The notes under the pieces: generated by a model
Seen by the model: the letters and a program-made list of their open reading frames with translations, nothing else
The model's database searches: none
Told to the model about the DNA's origin: nothing
From: Candidatus Woesearchaeota archaeon
GTDB lineage: Archaea; Nanobdellota; Nanobdellia; Woesearchaeales; GW2011-AR9
Reading direction: 5' to 3'
Assembly (NCBI GenBank): GCA_018303445.1
Contig: JAGVYE010000003.1
Location: forward strand, 2,366-66,365
Length of the DNA stretch: 64,000 bases
In this document: positions 8,573 to 17,789 of the stretch, one piece after another
How positions within the stretch are numbered: the first letter of the stretch is position 1
How the letters are laid out: the number at the start of each line of letters is the position of its first letter
Translations under genes and position numbers: made by a program

Positions 8573-9947
8573 CGCAGCTACTACGACTACGTTAAATAAT
8601 GTTGGCAGGTTAAGCTTTACAGTTAATCCCGGAACCTTATTTGAGATTACTAGCACATCTGGCCTTGCAGGAGTGACTTTTAATCCCGCTAATGGCATTG
8701 GAACCTATACCAATGCTCAAGGCATTAATTTTAATGCTAATGCGGTATTATTTACAATTAATTTACGCGCTAAAACTGGAGTTCAAGGCAGCGAATCGAT
8801 TTCATTTAGCCGATTTATCGTAAGAGATCTTACTCCCGCAGATATTAACTTTGGCACTGTAAGAAATTCGAATATGATCACTGTTGGTTCTGCTGACCGT
8901 GCTTGTTCAGAAGCAGATTGGTGTGGTCCATGGGGCACTTGTCCTGCTGGAACTCAAACTAGAACTTGTAACACGCCTGCAGGTGCAGCTTGTACTAGCG
9001 GTGTGACTGCTGAACCAGCAGAAACGCAATCTTGCACTCCAAGTTGCGCTGGAGTTGCGGATGGCGCAGCTTGTACTTTAAGCGGCGCTGCCGGCACTTG
9101 TCAAAGTGGTGGTTGTCAGACAGTACCTGGAACTTGTACTGCTCGCGCCACAACTTGTAATGTAGCTGGTGTTGATTGTCCTAATGGTCCAACTGGAACT
9201 CCTGTTCGTGTTAACCGAATAATTTGCCCTAGCGAAACTCCTTGTAATCCGACAACTGGATTATGTCAAGCAGTTGCATGTACTGCTCGCGCCACAACTT
9301 GTATTCAGGCAGGTGTTAGTTGCCCCTCTGGTTCATCTGGTGCTGCTGTTACAGTAGCTCAAGTAGTTTGCAGTGATGCAACTCCTGTTTGTAATACTAT
9401 AACTGGTTTATGTGAAGCCGCTCCTGCCTGTATTGACGCAGATAATGATAGGTATTACCCTGGAGAGTTTAGTACTCAATGCTTTATAACTGGCCAACCT
9501 TTGGGTTTTGGAGATTGCAATGATAATAATCCTCTCATTCATCCTAGCGATAATGAATTGATTTGTAATGATGGATTAGATAATGATTGCAATGGTTTCA
9601 CTGATTGCGCAGATGTCTTGGCTTGCGTTCGTTTAGCTTGTGTAACCGGCGGAGTTGCCGGAACTTGCCAAAATAATGGTATTTGTCAACCGCCTGCTGG
9701 TCGTGGAGCAACAAGTTGCACTGAAGGTCAATCCATAACTGGAACACCGTCTTGTAATTGTGATGCAAAAGTTATTTCCGGAGCAACTTATCAGCGTCAT
9801 GAAATTGGCGGACAATGCACCCTTCTGCTGGGCAAAATTAAAGCCGAATTTGAATCATCGCGTAATGCTTTGCAAAAAATGGTGAATATGGCGCGGTTGC
9901 TGCGTTGTTACATTTCCAGTACCAGAGCAACTTGCATGGAACAATAA
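8460..9947 (+). CDS. Secreted Cys-rich protein: signal peptide, N-terminal Ig-like (possibly cohesin-like) domain, W-C-W module, 2x A-T-C-x-x-A-G-V-x-C-P...V-C-S..T-P-x-C-N-x-x-T-G-L-C-E repeats, conserved GQCTLLL..IK C-terminus
   Basis: Start moved to MKKLLLMLALLLLPFALA (signal peptide). Paralogous in its N- and C-terminal segments to 12269..13822. Confidence 0.65.
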   Translation: MKKLLLMLALLLLPFALADISITCSPSSVQPGEAVNCNAATTTTLNNVGRLSFTVNPGTLFEITSTSGLAGVTFNPANGIGTYTNAQGINFNANAVLFTINLRAKTGVQGSESISFSRFIVRDLTPADINFGTVRNSNMITVGSADRACSEADWCGPWGTCPAGTQTRTCNTPAGAACTSGVTAEPAETQSCTPSCAGVADGAACTLSGAAGTCQSGGCQTVPGTCTARATTCNVAGVDCPNGPTGTPVRVNRIICPSETPCNPTTGLCQAVACTARATTCIQAGVSCPSGSSGAAVTVAQVVCSDATPVCNTITGLCEAAPACIDADNDRYYPGEFSTQCFITGQPLGFGDCNDNNPLIHPSDNELICNDGLDNDCNGFTDCADVLACVRLACVTGGVAGTCQNNGICQPPAGRGATSCTEGQSITGTPSCNCDAKVISGATYQRHEIGGQCTLLLGKIKAEFESSRNALQKMVNMARLLRCYISSTRATCMEQ

Positions 9948-9951
9948 GATC

Positions 9952-12240
9952 ATGAAAACTACTGCTGAAGATAATCTGGACCATTCTAAAATAAAGAATG
10001 AAAAGAAAGGGCAGGCAAATCAGAAATTAGTAGTAATCAGTATCTTTGCAGTAGTATTATTAGGAGCGCTGATAGTGTTATATTTCTTTACGGACACTTT
10101 TGTGGGAAGAGCGTTTCAAACTGGAATTAGGAATTCTGCCGGATTGGATTTCAGCGGCGGAATAGAAAATCTGCCTTTAAATGACGAGGGAACTTATCCT
10201 CTTAAAGCTAATGTTGATCAAGCCGTGAGAATCAATGCGATTAATTTTGTGATGAAGTATGATTCTGCCAAGTTATCAGTTAATAATTGCCAGCAGCGAG
10301 TTCAGCAAACTTTAGATAGTTATTTTAATTATAATCTCATTAATGATTTATCCTTAATACGAGAAGTTTCCTGTGATCCAGCAGGAAAAATAACGGTTAA
10401 TTATGTTTTTGCCTGTGATCCAACCAACAATTGCAATAATTTACCGGCTCCTGCTGCCTCCGGAGATATTTTCTTGGCAATATTTCTTTTTACTGGCATT
10501 GCGGCAGGAACTGCGGACGTTTATTTTGAATCATTAGACATTTATGATGTTAATTCACTGCCTGGAACTACGGCAGTTTCATTAAATTCTCCGACGAGAA
10601 CTAGCCCGGATAGAATTACTGTACGTCAGACTACGGAAACTGTTGATCAATCACTAGCTTGCACTAGTTCTAATGACTGTTCGACAGGACAAACATGCAG
10701 CGGCGGTATTTGTATTTCACCCCGTTGCGGCAATGGCGTACTTGAAGTAATAGAACAGTGCGATGATGGAAATACTGCTGGAGATGACGGCTGTTCTTCA
10801 ACCTGTCAAATTTATGAAGCAGGATGGCTATGTAATACACCCGGTCAGCTCTGCCAAAAATTATGCGGCAATGGGGTTGTTGAAGTTGCAGCTAGTGAAT
10901 GGTGTGATGATGGAAATAATGCCAATGGCGATGGCTGCACTCGTACTTGTCAAATGGAGAACGGATATGTTTGTCCAAGAAGAGGCGGAGTATGTATTTT
11001 AAGTACACAGGCTTGCGGCGACGGAGTAGTGCAAGTTGGTGAATATTGCGATGATGGAAATGCCGCTTCAAGTGATGGCTGCGCAGCTTGTCAAATTGAA
11101 AATGGATATACTTGCAGTGGCAGCCCTTCTGCTTGTGTTCGTATGGGGGAGACCACTTATATAAATTTTTGTGGCGATGGAATAATCCAAGACAATGGCG
11201 GGAATGGAATTGCCGGAGATATCGATGATGAACAATGTGATGACGGCAATCGAAATGATAATGATGCTTGCACTAATATTTGCCGCACTGCCTTTTGCGG
11301 TGATGGAGTTGTCAGAGCTGGAACAGAACAATGCGATGACGGCAATCGAAATGATAATGACGCTTGCACTAATATTTGCCGCACTGCCTTTTGCGGCGAT
11401 GGAGTTGTCAGAGCTGGAACAGAACAATGTGATGACGGCAATATGGTAAATACTGATGGCTGCACCACTCAATGTCGTACAAATGTTTGCGGTGATGGAA
11501 TTGTTTGGATAAGAACAGAATATTGCGATGATGGCAATCTAGTGAATGACGATGGTTGTTCAAGTACCTGTCAAATTGAGTTAATAGGCCGCTGCGGTGA
11601 TGGAACAGTTAACCCTAATGAACAATGTGACGATGGGAATCAAAATGATAATGACGCTTGCACTAATATTTGTCGCACTGCCTTTTGCGGCGATGGAGTT
11701 GTCAGAGCTGGAACAGAACAATGTGATGACAGCAATCCTGCAAATTATGATGATTGTACCAATGAATGTCGTATTGCCGTTTGCGGTGATGGAATTACCA
11801 GAGCTGGAACAGAACAATGTGATGATAGGAATACTATTACTGAAATATGTGCTTATGGTCAACGATCGTGTACTGTCTGTAATAATCAATGTCAATCTGT
11901 TGCTGGCGCAGCGACGTATTGTGGTGACGGAATTATACAAACGGGTGAACAGTGCGATGATGGAAATGCAGTTCTTGGTGATGGATGTTCAGCAACGTGC
12001 AGCGTAGAATCTAGTGGTGCTGGGTTATTGGGCGATGTAAATGGCGATGAGGTTGTAGATTTAGCTGATGCTATTGATGTTGCCAGATTTGATTTAGGTA
12101 TTTCGACTAGTCTAACATTCAATGCAGCGCGGGGAGATGTGACCTGTAATAATGGAGCAGTAGACATTGCTGATGCTATACTTATTGCCAGGGTTGATTT
12201 AGGAATTCCTGGATTTAATATCCCTAATTCCTGTTCATGA
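9952..12240 (+). CDS. Scaffoldin-like surface protein: N-terminal TM anchor, Ig/cohesin-like domain, ~14 Myxococcus-type Cys-rich repeats (C-x-DGN-x6-C-x3-C), C-terminal dockerin
   Basis: TM: VVISIFAVVLLGALIVLYFF. Repeats: CDDGNxxxxDxC(T/S)xxC..CGDG. C-terminal dockerin: GDVNGDEVVDLADAIDVARFDLG + GDVTCNNGAVDIADAILIARVDLG. Confidence 0.75.
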   Translation: MKTTAEDNLDHSKIKNEKKGQANQKLVVISIFAVVLLGALIVLYFFTDTFVGRAFQTGIRNSAGLDFSGGIENLPLNDEGTYPLKANVDQAVRINAINFVMKYDSAKLSVNNCQQRVQQTLDSYFNYNLINDLSLIREVSCDPAGKITVNYVFACDPTNNCNNLPAPAASGDIFLAIFLFTGIAAGTADVYFESLDIYDVNSLPGTTAVSLNSPTRTSPDRITVRQTTETVDQSLACTSSNDCSTGQTCSGGICISPRCGNGVLEVIEQCDDGNTAGDDGCSSTCQIYEAGWLCNTPGQLCQKLCGNGVVEVAASEWCDDGNNANGDGCTRTCQMENGYVCPRRGGVCILSTQACGDGVVQVGEYCDDGNAASSDGCAACQIENGYTCSGSPSACVRMGETTYINFCGDGIIQDNGGNGIAGDIDDEQCDDGNRNDNDACTNICRTAFCGDGVVRAGTEQCDDGNRNDNDACTNICRTAFCGDGVVRAGTEQCDDGNMVNTDGCTTQCRTNVCGDGIVWIRTEYCDDGNLVNDDGCSSTCQIELIGRCGDGTVNPNEQCDDGNQNDNDACTNICRTAFCGDGVVRAGTEQCDDSNPANYDDCTNECRIAVCGDGITRAGTEQCDDRNTITEICAYGQRSCTVCNNQCQSVAGAATYCGDGIIQTGEQCDDGNAVLGDGCSATCSVESSGAGLLGDVNGDEVVDLADAIDVARFDLGISTSLTFNAARGDVTCNNGAVDIADAILIARVDLGIPGFNIPNSCS
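11233..11814 (+). repeat. Tandem 96-bp (32-codon) repeats inside 9952..12240. Three copies are almost identical at DNA level (11233-11328, 11329-11424, 11623-11718) and others are diverged
   Basis: Repeat unit caatgtgatgacggcaatcgaaatgataatga(t/c)gcttgcactaatatttgccgcactgccttttgcgg(t/c)gatggagttgtcagagctggaacagaa. Confidence 0.85.
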
Positions 12241-12268
12241 AAAGGTGTTCATGAAAAGGTGAAATAAA

Positions 12269-13822
12269 ATGGTGCAAAGAAAATTTAAATCTTGGATGAT
12301 CATTGGTTTATTCATTTTAATGCTTCCCATAGCGGCCGCGGTTAATTTTAATGTAAATTGTCCTGCTTCATCTCTTTCTGGTCAAAGTTTTACCTGTCAA
12401 GTAAATATGCCGACGCCTCTGGCATCAGGTCTTTCATCATTGAGTTTTACTGCTAATGCTGGCGGAGCAACTATTGCCGTAACTTTTCCCCAAGGCACCA
12501 CGGTCAGCAGTGGCGGCACGTATGGTTTTTTTACTCCTACGCCAGTAACTAATTCTAATCCTTTAGCCTCCGTGCAAATAACTCCTATTACTGGCCAAAC
12601 CTCTGTAACATTACAATTGACTGGTGTGCGAGGACGATTGGGAGATAATACTTTACTTCTTCCTGCAAATCCAGCGCCAAATAATATTGCATTTAATAGT
12701 CCAACAGTAACTATTGGCTCTACTTGTACGTCAACAGGAAATGCAGAAACTAGTTGTAATGGAATAGATGATGATTGTGATGGCAGTGTTGATGAAAATT
12801 TCGTTGGAACGTCTACCACTTGCGGAGTAGGAGTCTGCGTTGCAACTGGATTGACAACCTGTCCGAGAGCTTCAGGTCAAACAACTGTAGGCAATAGCTG
12901 TACTCCTAGAACTCCAATAGCTGAAGTTTGCACTGACAGTTTAGATAATGATTGCGATGGAACGGTTAATGAGGGTTGTACTGTTTGTGTTCCTCGTGAT
13001 CCCACTGCCTGCACAACTGGTGTTGAATGTCCAAGCGGGAATAGTCTTCCAGCTTTAGGCTGTTCTAATGGTCAAAGTTGTCAGGGAAGTCCGGCTAGTT
13101 GTCAACCAACAGCAGCAGGAAATAATCTGCCGGTAGCAGAAGATGATACTTTTACCGTTGTTTTAGGAGCTGGTGCTGGCAGTCTAGAAACTACTTTTAA
13201 TGTTTTAACTAATGATCGAGATCCAGATAATGATGCTTTACGTATTACCAGCACCACTCAACCGGCTAATGGTTTAGTTTCTTTGCCATCAAACCGAAGA
13301 ATTTCTTATCGCAGCAACGCTGGATTTACAGGGACAGATTCATTTACTTACACTATCAGCGATGGCCGCGGCGGAACAGCTACGGCTACGGTAACGGTGA
13401 CAGTGAGTTCTTCTTTAACTTGCACTTTTCGCGCCGCAACTTGCAGTCAAGCAGGTGTTAATTGTCCTGATGGCTCTGGCGGCGAACCTGTTAGTATTGA
13501 CCGGGTAGTTTGCAGCGGTGTAACTCCTTTTTGTAATACTAAAACTGGCTTATGTGAAACTGGCTGTGCGGAAGGAACCTTGTTAGCAGATCCACCTGTG
13601 TGTACTTGTGTTGCTCCTTTGCAGAATGTTGATGGTGTTTGTAAATGTCCTCCTTCAGCAGGAAGGGCTCAGCATCTGGTGAGAGGGCAATGCACACTTT
13701 TACTTACAGAAATTAAAGATTCTTTAGAAAACGATCAGCAATATAGCGGAATAATGCAGAAAGTTTCCCGTATCGCTGAAGCGTTGAAGAATTTCCTGAG
13801 GGCAGTTCATTTAATTAATTAA
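12269..13822 (+). CDS. Secreted Cys-rich protein, paralog of 8460..9947: signal peptide, Ig/cohesin-like N-domain, Cys-rich region, C-terminal conserved GQCTLLLTEIK helix
   Basis: Signal: WMIIGLFILMLPIAAA. N-terminus NVNCPASSLSGQSFTCQVN parallels SITCSPSSVQPGEAVNC in the paralog. Shares the CTFRAATCSQAGVNCPDG...VVCSGVTPFCNTKTGLCE module. Confidence 0.65.
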   Translation: MVQRKFKSWMIIGLFILMLPIAAAVNFNVNCPASSLSGQSFTCQVNMPTPLASGLSSLSFTANAGGATIAVTFPQGTTVSSGGTYGFFTPTPVTNSNPLASVQITPITGQTSVTLQLTGVRGRLGDNTLLLPANPAPNNIAFNSPTVTIGSTCTSTGNAETSCNGIDDDCDGSVDENFVGTSTTCGVGVCVATGLTTCPRASGQTTVGNSCTPRTPIAEVCTDSLDNDCDGTVNEGCTVCVPRDPTACTTGVECPSGNSLPALGCSNGQSCQGSPASCQPTAAGNNLPVAEDDTFTVVLGAGAGSLETTFNVLTNDRDPDNDALRITSTTQPANGLVSLPSNRRISYRSNAGFTGTDSFTYTISDGRGGTATATVTVTVSSSLTCTFRAATCSQAGVNCPDGSGGEPVSIDRVVCSGVTPFCNTKTGLCETGCAEGTLLADPPVCTCVAPLQNVDGVCKCPPSAGRAQHLVRGQCTLLLTEIKDSLENDQQYSGIMQKVSRIAEALKNFLRAVHLIN

Positions 13823-13859
13823 TGGGGTTAGTTTATGAGGGTGAAGATGAGGTTAGTTT

Positions 13860-16331
13860 ATGAAAGTGAAGAGAATAAAAAAAGGCAAGCATAGTGTTTT
13901 ACGGTACAAGTCATTGCCTCCTCACACCAATGAAGCAGTTCCTGTTACACATCTGGGAGAAGTAAGCAAACCTTTTATTATTGTTGCCATTACTATTGCT
14001 GCTATTGTTTTGTTAGCGGTATTCTTAATGTTTAAAGATCAGATTGTTGGAAAAGCGTTTTTTGTGGCTGGTGTAGTAGATACAGCAGGCATCGCAAATC
14101 CTGGTTCAGTTTTGGAGAATACGCCTTTTTCTTTGCTGGTTAGAGCTAACATTGGAACGAAAGAAACAACAGGCATAGAATTTGAATTTCCTTTGCCTAC
14201 AGGATTACGTTGCCGAGTGGCAAATCCAATTGAGAATTTGTTGGGATGGAATGCCCAAAATGGGGCGCTGCTAGAGGAAGCAACGTGCGTGAATAACGTG
14301 GTGCATTTCCGTTATCTTACCGTGAATGGGCAAGAAGCGAAGAGAGGAGAGTTTGATATTGCACGAATTCATGTTGAAGGCGCAGCGGCAGGAACATACA
14401 CTTCAACTTTCCGTCTTTTTAATATTATTAATCTTGCTACTCCTCAAGGCGATATCATTAGCAATGGGTTGGTTGATCCTCTCGTTGTACGACAAGTGGG
14501 ATTCTGTCAGGATAATAGCCAATGCCAGCAAGGAGTATGTAATACGCAAACGAATCGATGTGCGCAATGTGTTGCTGATGCGCAATGCAGTGGAACTACG
14601 CCGATTTGTAATACCCAAACTAACCTGTGTGAAGCTCGTGCGCCTGCCTGTGGCAATCAGCAAATTGATGTAACAGAACAATGCGATGATGGTAATACTG
14701 CAAATGGAGATGGTTGTTCAAGCACTTGTCAAAGAGAAGCACCTCCAGAAATAACTTATCGCGTCAATTGTCCTCAAGATAATATTTCTATAGGTCAAAC
14801 AACAACGTGTGAAATTATTTTAAATCAGGCCGTAACGGAAACATACGGAGAACAATTTACGATTTCCGCTCCTGGATTTACGGCAGCAACTCCATTTATT
14901 GAAGGTGTTACAGGTATTACTGCATCTTCGGCAGGAATTGGAGGAACAACCCTTCTCGTTGAAAGTGATCACTTAACGAGCCGAGGTCAAGCGGCAGGTG
15001 TCGTGGCTCGGTTTACACTTCGCGCGGGAAATGCGGGAGGAATATACACAGTCTCTTTGAGCAACTTAGTCTTGGGAAGTTCTGCTACTTCTGATATGAT
15101 AACAATTTTAGCAGCGGAAAGAGAATGCAGCGCAACTAATAAAGCAGCATGCCAAGATCGAACATCATGCGAAGCTACACTTGTCGGCGGATATTGGTAT
15201 AATAATCAATGCAATACCCAACCGGAATGCCGCGTCAATAATTTAGCTGGCTGTCGAACACAAGCACAGTGTGAAGCGACAGCTATTGGCGGCCGATGGA
15301 ATGCGGCAACAAGCACCTGCAGTGCAGCGCCAACATGCAGCCCAACTAATCTGGCTGTGTGCACACAAACAAACTGTGTTACTGTTGGTCAAGGAGTTTG
15401 GAATACAACGGCAAGCAGCTGTGATACAGCAGTTGAAATTTGTAATGATGGACAAGATAATGATCAAGATACTCAAGTAGATTGCGTCGATACGGAATGC
15501 AGAGGAAGAGCCGGTGCCAATGGCGCTCTCTGTTGCCAAGCAGTAGCTGATTGTCGAGAAGGACAAGAGTGTCAAGCAAATCAGTGTAGAACGGTAACAA
15601 TCCAAACAACAACAACTTCTTCGTCTGGCGGAGGCGGTGGCGGAGGAGGCGGAGGCGGTGGTTGCGTTTCCAATTGGCAATGTGATCTTTGGAGTTACTG
15701 TAACTCTACTTTGCAGAAATCGCGAACTTGCATAGATTTGCGAAAATGTATCCAAAAGCCAAAATTAGAAGTTCAATCCTGTCCTGCTTGTGAAGAATCA
15801 TGGTTGTGTACGTCGTGGAGTCAATGTTTTGGCAGTACAAAAACGAGAACGTGTACTGATGAGCATAAATGTGGAACGTTGCGGCTAAAACCATCAGAGC
15901 AGCAGCAATGCACACTTCCAAGTTCGCAATTGCCTGTGCAACAGGTACAGCAGCCTCAACAGTTTTATGTGCCTCCCCCTTCAGTTCCATATCAAGCTCC
16001 ACAAGTACAAAAGCCAAGCGTCTTTAGGCAATATCAAACGTGGTTTATCAGTGGGGCTTCTCTCTTACTTTTAGTTATAATCTTAGGCCTGGTCTGGCGT
16101 TTAACTCATCGTCCTCAGCAACTGGGTTATAATATCGGTGAATTGAAAGAATGGATTAAACAAGAACAAGCAATGGGAACTTCAAACGAAGACATTAAAG
16201 AAATCCTCTCTGATAAAACGGGATGGACAAAAGAAGAAATTGAAAAGGCCTTTGAAAGTTTAGGAAGCGCGCTCACAGAAGAACAACTTCAATCTTCAGA
16301 AGAACAAATCATGGAAATAGGGGGGAAATAA
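13860..16331 (+). CDS. Giant membrane-anchored surface protein: N-terminal signal anchor, Ig-like domain, Myxococcus-type Cys-rich repeats, poly-Gly linker, 2x W-C-W 6-Cys module, Gln/Pro-rich stalk, C-terminal TM and conserved cytoplasmic tail
   Basis: TM1: FIIVAITIAAIVLLAVFLMF. Motif CDDGNTANGDGCSSTCQ. Linker SSSGGGGGGGGGGGG. Modules CVSNWQCDLWSYC.. and CEESWLCTSWSQC... TM2: ISGASLLLLVIILGLVW. Tail: NEDIKEILSDKTGWTKEEIEKAFESLG. Confidence 0.75.
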   Translation: MKVKRIKKGKHSVLRYKSLPPHTNEAVPVTHLGEVSKPFIIVAITIAAIVLLAVFLMFKDQIVGKAFFVAGVVDTAGIANPGSVLENTPFSLLVRANIGTKETTGIEFEFPLPTGLRCRVANPIENLLGWNAQNGALLEEATCVNNVVHFRYLTVNGQEAKRGEFDIARIHVEGAAAGTYTSTFRLFNIINLATPQGDIISNGLVDPLVVRQVGFCQDNSQCQQGVCNTQTNRCAQCVADAQCSGTTPICNTQTNLCEARAPACGNQQIDVTEQCDDGNTANGDGCSSTCQREAPPEITYRVNCPQDNISIGQTTTCEIILNQAVTETYGEQFTISAPGFTAATPFIEGVTGITASSAGIGGTTLLVESDHLTSRGQAAGVVARFTLRAGNAGGIYTVSLSNLVLGSSATSDMITILAAERECSATNKAACQDRTSCEATLVGGYWYNNQCNTQPECRVNNLAGCRTQAQCEATAIGGRWNAATSTCSAAPTCSPTNLAVCTQTNCVTVGQGVWNTTASSCDTAVEICNDGQDNDQDTQVDCVDTECRGRAGANGALCCQAVADCREGQECQANQCRTVTIQTTTTSSSGGGGGGGGGGGGCVSNWQCDLWSYCNSTLQKSRTCIDLRKCIQKPKLEVQSCPACEESWLCTSWSQCFGSTKTRTCTDEHKCGTLRLKPSEQQQCTLPSSQLPVQQVQQPQQFYVPPPSVPYQAPQVQKPSVFRQYQTWFISGASLLLLVIILGLVWRLTHRPQQLGYNIGELKEWIKQEQAMGTSNEDIKEILSDKTGWTKEEIEKAFESLGSALTEEQLQSSEEQIMEIGGK

Positions 16332-16559
16332 AATAGATCTTTCTTTTTGTACAGTTTCCTCATTTTTTGGCAATCTCTAATTTTTCTATTTCTTGCACTA
16401 GCTGGTAGCTCACTTTTACCAGCCATCGCTTGAATGGTTCTACTTTAGTTCAGAATTTAAGCCCCCCTAAAAGTTTGGTGTCGTATCTGGATAGTTGTGA
16501 ATAACCAAAAGATTTAAATACTAGTTAAGATATATTGACTATTATAAGGAGGTAACAAA

Positions 16560-16997
16560 ATGAGCATAATGAACAAAATCCAATCATATGCCCTTGCTTT
16601 AGGAATAGGAGTCTCAGCTTTGACTGGATGTGCAACTATCCCAAGAGATAATAAGCCTGCACCGCAAACCACACAAAAAGAAATGCAACTTGAAGAAGCT
16701 ATGAAAGTATTGGATGTAAGAAGTCTAAGCATGATTCAAATGAATCTTCCAGCGGGCTATAAAACATCAAGATTTGAAGATGGAATTTTGAGGACTCTTG
16801 CTGGAATATATGCAGGAACTGTTGGAGTAAAAAGAACAGAAGAAGGATATGTTGCAAAAGGCTATTATAGCCAATTACAGCAACCTGATGCAATGCGAAG
16901 AGTATTAAGAGAAGCTGATACAAACGACGATAAAATTATCACAAGACAAGAAGCAAGGGATTTGGCAGTTAGATTGTATGAAGAAAACGCAAAATAA
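16560..16997 (+). CDS. Small secreted or lipobox-type protein with a C-terminal EF-hand-like Ca-binding loop
   Basis: Signal peptide ending in LTGC (lipobox-like). DTNDDKIITRQE fits the D-x-N-x-D-x-x-I-x-x-x-E EF-hand loop. Confidence 0.5.
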   Translation: MSIMNKIQSYALALGIGVSALTGCATIPRDNKPAPQTTQKEMQLEEAMKVLDVRSLSMIQMNLPAGYKTSRFEDGILRTLAGIYAGTVGVKRTEEGYVAKGYYSQLQQPDAMRRVLREADTNDDKIITRQEARDLAVRLYEENAK

Positions 16998-17021
16998 TTT
17001 TTTTCATATTTTTTCAAATTT

Positions 17022-17366
17022 TTACTTCTTAATAATTTTACTGGCAATAACTTCTTTCTTTCCTTTATACTCTTCTACAGTGCCGCTAATTTCGACATAG
17101 TCTCCTTCCCGCAGATAGGGAGTTTCTTCCGTAAAAACTACCACGTCTATGGTAACTATTTGTTCTCCTTCAATCTGAAGAAAAAGAGTGGTATCTTGAA
17201 ATGAGAGGCGTTTCACAATTCCCTGAATGTTAACTTTTTCTTCTGGTCTAATTGTTTCCAGATTCTGGATAGTGGCGAAATCATATTCTTCTACGTAGAA
17301 AAAGAGAAAAATAAGTCCGATGATAATTACGATGAGAGAGAAGCGTAAGATGGTTTTTTCTTGCAT
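17022..17366 (-). CDS. Membrane-anchored OB-fold-like hypothetical protein
   Basis: N-terminal TM (FSLIVIIIGLIFLFFY) followed by a beta-rich ~80-aa region. No recognisable catalytic motif. Confidence 0.4.
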   Translation of the reverse strand: MQEKTILRFSLIVIIIGLIFLFFYVEEYDFATIQNLETIRPEEKVNIQGIVKRLSFQDTTLFLQIEGEQIVTIDVVVFTEETPYLREGDYVEISGTVEEYKGKKEVIASKIIKK

Positions 17367-17400
17367 GGTTTTTACTAAAATCAGCTCTTTTTCTTAAAAA

Positions 17401-17649
17401 TTGCCCAAATATTTATATAGTCTCTTTTTTGCTGATCGTACTATGTCTCCAGATGAGATTATTAATATACGAGAACAGCTATTTCAACTAGAACGACGTA
17501 TAAAACCTTTAGAATGGGACTCCAGCAGGAATCAGATCAATGAGTTTAAGAAACTAGAATTAGGGAAGTTACAAGCAGAGCATCTTTCTTTATCAAAAAA
17601 GCTGCAAGAGTTACAGGAGGAGAGGAAGAAGGGAGAGCAGAAAGAATAA
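17401..17649 (+). CDS. Small coiled-coil hypothetical protein
   Basis: 82-aa ORF in an otherwise empty gap, with a heptad-like K/E/L-rich C-terminal half. Weak support. Confidence 0.3.
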   Translation: MPKYLYSLFFADRTMSPDEIINIREQLFQLERRIKPLEWDSSRNQINEFKKLELGKLQAEHLSLSKKLQELQEERKKGEQKE

Positions 17650-17789
17650 AGGATATTTTTCTTCTCAAAAATTCTTTTATCACAATCTTTATAAAGAACG
17701 ATCTAAAAATAATCTTAAACTGCTGAGATACCTCGCGAGAGGGAGAGCTGATAAGTTCTTTGGTCTCGGAATCAAAGGTGATGTAAAGA

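Noticed and set aside
11068-12167. Several 80-140-aa ORFs on both strands (11068..11472, 11157..11468, 11195..11449, 11581..11940, 11597..12007, 11892..12167) inside the scaffoldin-like gene
   Set aside because: They arise from the periodic tandem 96-bp repeat, are low-complexity, and fully overlap a well-supported long CDS. They are not genes.
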